Source: Octopus sinensis
Taxonomy: Eukaryota
Length of the DNA: 27,857 nucleotides
NCBI RefSeq assembly: GCF_006345805.1
Contig: NW_021827540.1
Coordinates: 1-27,857, forward strand
Reading direction: 5' to 3'
Part shown: piece by piece, positions 20,738 to 27,857 of the stretch
Position numbering within the stretch: position 1 is the first letter of the stretch
Layout of the letters: the number at the start of each line of letters is the position of its first letter
Notes under the pieces: generated by a model
What the model saw: the letters and a program-made list of their open reading frames with translations, nothing else
What the model was told of the DNA's origin: nothing
The model's database searches: none
Position numbers and translations under genes: made by a program

Positions 20738-21077
20738 CATAGTTAGCTCCACAGGGAACCTGATGTATTTTCGCCTACGTAGCGTTCATCATGTGCTTGA
20801 GGTCTTTCAACATCAGACAGCCTCAGCCGGGGCCGATCATATCCCAGCCTGTTACCGGTAGCATTGCACTTTGGATGGTTTACACTTGATACTCAGTTAC
20901 GGAGGCCTGAACTTTACTTCCTCCGCAGAACAACTAATGACGTTTTGCCTACTAAAAGTTCGACAATTGTTTCGGGTTTTTCAGCCTCAAACACCTAGAT
21001 ACTGAAGACCCAGCCTAGCTGCATTGTCCCCCGTCTCGTGTCCACCCACTAGCATCAGCCCTTTCAGAGCTTGAACC
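20738..21077 (+). repeat. Inverted paralog of 17494-17843
   Basis: CTCCACAGGGAACCTGATGTATTTTCGCCTACGTAGCGTTCATC is shared. Roughly 80-85% identity by eye, with one 11-nt indel. Confidence 0.85.
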
Positions 21078-21559
21078 AAATCCACAAAGACACGGTCCAC
21101 CCGTAGCTACCTTCTGACCCACATAGCCATTCCTGAGCTTATGCATAGAAAGCATATTCATCCATCCTCCGCATTGGAACCAAAGACATCATTGACATCA
21201 GAAACACTTCAACATCTCAAAGTTGCAGGCCCCATCACTCCCCGACCTCAATAACGCTTTTCTTTTCTAAAAAAAAAACAACAACAAAAAAAAGACAAAT
21301 GCATAAGTCTAAATGGACATAAGACGGATGGTCACGCATGGAGTACGCTTATGTATGGGTGTATTGTGTCAGATTCTGATCTTGGGCTGAACGACCACAA
21401 CAGCCTCAGGATGAATAACAGAAGTGTTGATGGTATTATATAAATGCTTATCATTCCGAAAGACACACCTCCGCCATAACCTCTTACAAAAGGAAAAACA
21501 AAACAATCACTGATAGAGCAGGACAGATTTTTGATGCCCTGTATCAGAAGCACATAACC

Positions 21560-21647
21560 ACACACACATATATACAAAATCATACACACTCAAACACAAG
21601 CAAATTTACATAATCACACGCACACAAATATTCACATAAAAGCATGT

Positions 21648-21681
<34 letters not shown>

Positions 21682-21938
21682 GTATACATATACACATATA
21701 TACGTATATACAGTGTATAGATATATGAATGCACATACATACACACACACACCCACAAGCACACAAACACACATGCACACACACATATATTCACAAAAAC
21801 ACGCACACACACACACATATGTACATATATACATAAGCTCTTTAGTGTATATATATATATGAATACACATACACCCACAAACACACAAACACACACGCAC
21901 AGATTCAAACACACACACACATACACACGCACACACAT

Positions 21939-21983
<45 letters not shown>

Positions 21984-22020
21984 TATATATATATACACAT
22001 ATATAGCCACACAGAGACAA
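21560..22020. repeat. (CA)n/(TA)n low-complexity tract
   Basis: Direct reading. Confidence 0.9.
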
Positions 22021-22157
22021 ATATACACGCCAGTTCATTTATATACGAGTTTCTTCAATATAGAATATATGGCGTTATCTCCATTAGATTATTCACGCCC
22101 CCCCCCCTTTCCTCACTAGTCGAGAGGACGATAGAGACAAAAGAACTTATAGAAACA

Positions 22158-22195
<38 letters not shown>

Positions 22196-22499
22196 AGTGA
22201 CATACATACCACCAAAAAGTAACAAAACAACCAGTGAAGCTCCGACCATGCAAAAAAAAATGAATAATAATAATATTAAAAAATAATAATAATCTAGAGA
22301 GAAACAGAAATCAATATGGAAGTACGACCAAGATATAAATTCTTCAAAGTCTTTGCAGAAATGGTTATTGATAAGTTGGCCTCCTTTCTCCAAGATTTTT
22401 CGTCTTTTCAATAAAGCATAAAATGCTTGGAACTAACATGCGTGAAACAGATATGTCTTTAATAGAAGCTAAATCACAGATCAACACCCACCTTCACGT

Positions 22500-23058
<559 letters not shown>

Positions 23059-23064
23059 GACACT

Positions 23065-23316
23065 CTTAACTCTTACTTATTTCAGTAATTTGACTGCGGC
23101 CAAACTGGAGCACCGCCTTTAATACATATATATCTTTTTTTACTCTTTTACTTGTTTCATTCATTTGACTGTGGCCATGCTGGAGCACCGCCTTTTAGTC
23201 GAGCAAATCGACTCCAGGACTTATTATTTGTAAGCCTAGTACTTATTCTATCAGTCACTTTTGCCAAACCACTCAGTTAAGGGGACGTAAACACACCAGC
23301 TTCGGTTGTCAAGCGA

Positions 23317-23350
<34 letters not shown>

Positions 23351-23472
23351 CGACGGGCTTCTTTCAGTTTCAGTCTGCCAAATCCACTCACAAGGCTTTG
23401 GTTGGCCCGAGGCTATAGTAGAAGACACTTGCCCAAGGTGTCACGCAGTGGGACTGAACCCGGAACCATGGA
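23065..23472 (-). mobile_element. Family-B SINE (about 23135-23472) plus a separate 3'-end fragment (about 23065-23119)
   Basis: TTTGACTG(C/T)GGCCA..CTGGAGCACCGCCTTT occurs twice; remainder is colinear with the reverse complement of 11071-11476, head incomplete. Confidence 0.85.
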
Positions 23473-23573
23473 AATATTTACAGAACATCTCACTTGAATT
23501 TTTTTTCTTCAATTTTTTTTTTTATTTTACTCTTAGTTTAAAAGTTTAACAGACAGAAACCGATACTAAACTG

Positions 23574-23809
23574 AAGGCGGCAAGCTGGCAGAAACATTAG
23601 CACGCCGGGGAAAATTCTATGTGGTATTACGTCCGCCGCTCCATTCTGAGTTCAAATACCACCGAAGTCAACTTTGCCGTTCATCCTTTCGGGGTCGATA
23701 AATTAAGTACCAGTTAAGCACTGGAGTCGATGCAATCGATTTAATCCGTCTGTCTATCCTTCTTTGTGCCCTCTATATATAGCTCCTTGTGTGCAATAAA
23801 AGAAATAAG
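23574..23809 (+). mobile_element. Full-length diverged family-A SINE
   Basis: 18-bp TSD GAAACCGATACTAAA[C/T]TG at 23556-23573 and 23810-23827. Confidence 0.88.
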
Positions 23810-23928
23810 GAAACCGATACTAAATTGTACATCATGATAAAATTCTTTTAGCATATTCTACCTTGTCTTATATATATATATATATATATATAAATGAAAG
23901 AATGGAGTTGAACGACGAATTAACAAAA

Positions 23929-24027
23929 TTCTTTTATTTTCGACATATGTTTCGAAGGCTGCATATTCCTAATTTCGAAGGAATAAGGGGTGCATTATGC
24001 CGCCTTCTCATCAGGAAAAACAAGGAA
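23929..24027 (-). ncRNA. Type-I hammerhead ribozyme (minus-strand mirror)
   Basis: Exact reverse complement of 24103-24201. Core at 24014-24008; predicted cleavage after GUC at 23942. Confidence 0.82.
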
Positions 24028-24102
24028 CTTATGTCAGCATCAAGATGAACAAAAGCTCTTAGATGACTGCCCACACGGAGCCCATAGCGATGCTGACATA
24101 AG

Positions 24103-24201
24103 TTCCTTGTTTTTCCTGATGAGAAGGCGGCATAATGCACCCCTTATTCCTTCGAAATTAGGAATATGCAGCCTTCGAAACATATGTCGAAAATAAAAGA
24201 A
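24103..24201 (+). ncRNA. Type-I hammerhead ribozyme with canonical GUC site
   Basis: Stem I TTTTC 24111-24115 / GAAAA 24189-24193. Core CTGATGA 24116-24122. Stem II GAAGGC.GCATA / TATGC.GCCTTC. GAAA 24177-24180. Stem III within palindrome ACATATGT. Cleavage after C24188. Confidence 0.85.
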
Positions 24202-24385
24202 TTTTGTTAATTCGTCGTTCAACTCCATTCTTTCATTTATTTGTATTTAAAAAAACACACAAATTTCCACACGAAAGCACGTGATCTCTGTCCTAGGCAT
24301 GTAGCTTCAACCGTGTTTTTCTGACGTGAATTTGCTACCCAGGTATCGGCTAACCGAATTATCCATAAGATAATTCATTCAACTA

Positions 24386-24423
<38 letters not shown>

Positions 24424-24689
24424 CACATATGTTTCTGTCTTTGGCGATTAATAGATATGCGAGTAATAACTTAATTATTATTGACTTTTATTAGATACTT
24501 TGTATATTTCTAGATAAATAACTAAATATATAATATATAAGACCCCCAATGTACGATATGCAGATGCATGTAATCCTGAAGGGTTGTACCTGATTGATTA
24601 GGAAATTCGTTTTCCCGAAATATTTAAATTCATATATATATAAATATATATATAAATGTATATTTTTTTTTTGGGGGGGGGGAGGCGCA

Positions 24690-24912
24690 GCATCGCTTTA
24701 TGTGTTTGTCTCTGTCTGTCTGTATTTGTCTCCACCACTATCGCTTGAAAACCGATGTTGGTGTATTTACGTCCCGGCAACTTAACGGTTCGGCAAAGCA
24801 GACCGATAGAATAACTAATAGCCTTACAAAGAATAAGTCCTGGGGCGATTTCTCCTACGAAAACGCGATGCTCCAGCATGGCCGCAGTCAAATAACTGGA
24901 ACACGTAAAGAA
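24690..24912 (+). mobile_element. Family-B SINE, 3' half
   Basis: GCTTGAAAACCGATGTTGGTGT...CTTAACGGTTCGGCAAA...GCTCCAGCATGGCCGCAGTCAAAT. Confidence 0.85.
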
Positions 24913-24951
24913 AAGTATCTATAATTATGTTCGTAAAGAGAAGGAGAGATA

Positions 24952-25170
24952 CGAGGGGTGGGGCTGAAAATTTCCTGGGTATGGGTAAAAGAAAATACAT
25001 AAGGATCAATTAATTATGATTTTATTCACCATATTCTCCTCTAAGATTCACACGCATATTGCAGAGGGCCTTCAGTTTTTCTAAACCCTGTAAAAGTACT
25101 CGGAATGTTGGGCCTCAAGCCAGGCATTTCCCGACACCCTTAAAGCCAAGAACTTTTCAGCAACCCGTCG
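24952..25170. mobile_element. Tc1/mariner-type MITE
   Basis: TA|CGAGGGGTGGGCTGAAAATTTCCTGG ... CCAAGAACTTTTCAGCAACCCGTCG|TA: imperfect TIRs of about 26 bp with TA target duplication. Confidence 0.75.
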
Positions 25171-25504
25171 TATATGTGTGTATCTATGTGAGTACCTTTG
25201 TACTTGTGTTTATTTTTCCCAACCGCTTGACAACTCTTTTGTTTACGCCCTCGTGCCGTAGCGGTTTGACATAAGAGAACGATAAAATTATTGTATTTTA
25301 TATAACATCAAAAGCACTTCATGCAATGCCCCAGCTTGGGCATGGTGCAATAACTGAAGAAGTAGAAGGTAAAATATAGACAATATTAATGTGTGCGTCT
25401 GCGCGTCTGGTTGTTTGTGTGTGTATACATATACATACATATATATTTTTTTCGCTCTAGTTTAAGCTCAGAGCACCGCCGTTTAAATAAATGCGCCCTT
25501 TTAG

Positions 25505-25740
25505 AGCCTAGCCAGGCTCATGGGCCCGGTTTCCCGGTTTCTATGGCGTATGTGTTCCCCAGCTGGACGGGACGCCAGTCCATCGCAGCGTTACTCATTT
25601 TTGCCAGCTGAGTGGACTGGAGCAACGTGAAATGAAGTGTTTTGCTCAAGAACACAACGCGTCGCCCAGTCCAGGAATCGAAACCACAATCTTACGATCA
25701 TGATGCTGACACCCTAACCACTAAGCCACGCGCCTCCACC
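25505..25740 (-). mobile_element. Family-C tRNA-derived SINE
   Basis: A-box TGGCTTAGTGG (25718-25728), B-box GGTTTCGATTCC (25674-25685), CORE-like TTCTTGAGCAAAACACTT, V-like CTGCGATGGACTGGCGTCCCGTCCAG (25563-25588). Confidence 0.85.
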
Positions 25741-25835
25741 TATATATATATATATGTTGTGTTTGTGTGTGTGGTGTGTGTTTTTGTGTGTGCGTGTGTG
25801 TGTGTGTGTCTGTATGTATATGTATATACATACAT

Positions 25836-25866
<31 letters not shown>

Positions 25867-25868
25867 TA

Positions 25869-25936
<68 letters not shown>

Positions 25937-25959
25937 TATATATAATGTATATATATATA

Positions 25960-26243
25960 ACGGGAAGGTTTACGAAAATAAACAAAAGACAAGGCAGGTG
26001 GAGTACAAACAAATAATGTATTAGTATGGCGCTCAATATTTACTCCAAACATGAAACACACAAAGAGAGAGCAGAACAACGCGAGGACGTGGAACAATAT
26101 AGAGTATTATTGGACGCTCAGGAAAGAAGGGAAGAAGGAGGGTTTAACGTTTTGAGCGGAGCTCTTCGTCGGAAACATAGGAAAAGGAAAGATCCAGAGA
26201 AGGGAAGACAGGGGGAAAAAAAACGCCAACGATACACACGTGG

Positions 26244-26277
<34 letters not shown>

Positions 26278-26345
26278 GCACACATATTCTATATTTGTTC
26301 CACGTCCTCGCGTTGTGTTTTTTATTCTTTCTTGTTTGGATTAAC
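25960..26345 (-). mobile_element. Second Penelope-like pseudo-LTR family with an inverted partial copy
   Basis: ACAACGCGAGGACGTGGAACAA..TATAGA (26076-26105) is inverted at 26285-26316. (TA)n on both sides; minimal hammerhead core inside. Confidence 0.65.
26142..26176 (-). ncRNA. Minimal hammerhead ribozyme motif, probably inactive in this copy
   Basis: GTTT-CCGACGA-A-GAGC-tcc-GCTC-AAAA-C-GT-T-AAAC: stems I and II pair; core deviates at U4 (C) and G12 (A). Confidence 0.55.
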
Positions 26346-26363
26346 TTTATATATATATATATA

Positions 26364-26862
26364 TCTATATATATAAAACTCAGAGTGTGTGAGTGTCTGT
26401 CCCCTTCGATTTAGATTCCTAACTCCTCCCACCATTTTGCGGTGCAGTTTAACAAATTCGGGTATCTTATGTCGTGATTCATATCGCGCCCGTCTGACTA
26501 TTAGCGCGCGTTAACGATGAGTCTTCGATTTTAAAAATAAACACATCATTTTTATTCCATTTTAATGCATAAAATGCATCGTGTGTCGATGGCGGCGGAG
26601 TTGGCGTCCACGCTCACAGCTGCACCTGTTTGCTTCTCCCCCTACCCTCCCTCGTGAAGCTGTGGGGAAGGGAGTGTAAGAAATCAACGTCGTAATATGC
26701 GTTGTGAAGGAAACCAGCGTTCTTTTAGAACAACGACTTCATGGATTGAAGACACCAAAACAAAATGGCTAAGAAGCCCGAATTTAAAGGGAAGTAACTC
26801 TCTAAAAATGCTTATATAGTTATTTCCCTTACAAACCCGAGCAACGCGGGCGATACTCTTAC
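26364..26862 (+). mobile_element. Non-autonomous Helitron-like element
   Basis: 5' TCTATATATATAAAA; subterminal hairpin CCCG-agcaacg-CGGG (26836-26850) about 12 nt before a degenerate CTRR end. Confidence 0.6.
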
Positions 26863-26987
26863 CGTAGGATATATAATATATATATATTATATATATATAT
26901 ATAGATATATATATATATATATATAATATATATTATATTTATATATATGTATGTATAGATGTTTATATATATTTTAAAATTAAAAAT

Positions 26988-27027
<40 letters not shown>

Positions 27028-27219
27028 CACACACACATAGGTATAAATTATTCACGTCAAAAGAAGTTATAAGCGAGAGAACGTAAAATAAATCTTTGTT
27101 GGAAATGTGGATCTCGAAGTATATATGGAGCTATAAAAAGAGCATGTGAAAGAGTTTTCATTCAATATTTACCTGAGATCCACTTTTCCAAAAGGAATCT
27201 TAAGTATATTTTATTGTAC

Positions 27220-27480
27220 ATGTGCGTGAGTGTGTGTATATATGTGTGTGTGCGTGTGTTGTGTAAAGTATATATATACGTGTGTAAATATATGCATATA
27301 TATGTTCATGCTCACACATACATAAATACATAAATACTTACACACAATAATACATACATAAATACGTACATACATACATACATACATACATACATACATA
27401 CATACATACATACATACATACATACATACATACGTACTACACACATACATACATATATACATAGGTACATACATGCATTC
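27220..27480. repeat. (ACAT)n/(TA)n tract
   Basis: Direct reading. Confidence 0.9.
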
Positions 27481-27857
27481 ATAGAGGGCAATTCGAGAAT
27501 CTGATTATAAGCAAGATTTTGGTAAAAGCAAAAAGCAAAAAGCCATAAGCAGACTGTTCTCCTTACTAAAAGCAAATACGATAATATCTTACATATGTAA
27601 TATAGAGAATGGTGGAAAAAATCTTCAGATGAAGCGAGATTATCGAAACAATTAGAACCTAAAATCTCCCTTTAGGAGTGTGACAGAGAACTGTATAAAC
27701 AGCAGAAAAGAGGCTTAGCTGAATTATTCATTTTCACAGAATGTACTCGAAGACAATTAGCTTTTGGAAGCTTCTTTCATCTGCGAATCTGTATTCCCAA
27801 AGCAGTGTGTTTGAATTAAGCACTGCAAATTACCAAATGTATGCCGATGCTGCTGCT

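Larger units (their letters stand above)
23890..24367. mobile_element. Palindromic hammerhead-bearing element, copy 2
   Basis: Perfect 152-bp inverted repeat 23890-24041 / 24089-24240, 47-nt spacer, tail 24241-24367, (TA)n on both sides. Confidence 0.9.

Noticed and set aside
23863-24228. Identical ORFs on both strands (MELNDELTKFF...)
   Set aside because: A by-product of the perfect inverted repeat; the homolog at 9.3-9.5 kb does not keep an equivalent ORF.

Overview
AT-rich, repeat-dominated eukaryotic genomic DNA. I find no intact protein-coding gene that I can support; nearly all long ORFs in the supplied track are microsatellite translations. The repeat inventory looks like octopus/coleoid cephalopod DNA (inference from recalled repeat families, not searched). 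Contents: many tRNA-derived SINEs of at least three families, including head-to-tail SINE multimers with an invariant junction; two decayed R4/Dong-like RLE retrotransposon 3' fragments inside (AAT)n arrays; a decayed Ty3/Gypsy integrase with its 3' LTR; a CR1-like 3' end; a mariner-type MITE; a Helitron-like element; and large (AAT)n/(TA)n/(CA)n/(GATA)n tracts. The strongest signal is a family of palindromic, (TA)n-flanked, non-coding elements (9192-9544 and 23890-24367) carrying a complete type-I hammerhead ribozyme fold. The two copies show three compensatory base-pair changes, and the second copy is a perfect 152-bp inverted repeat that places a hammerhead on both strands. A second, minimal hammerhead family sits at 26142-26176. 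All alignments and folds were done by eye and need computational confirmation.
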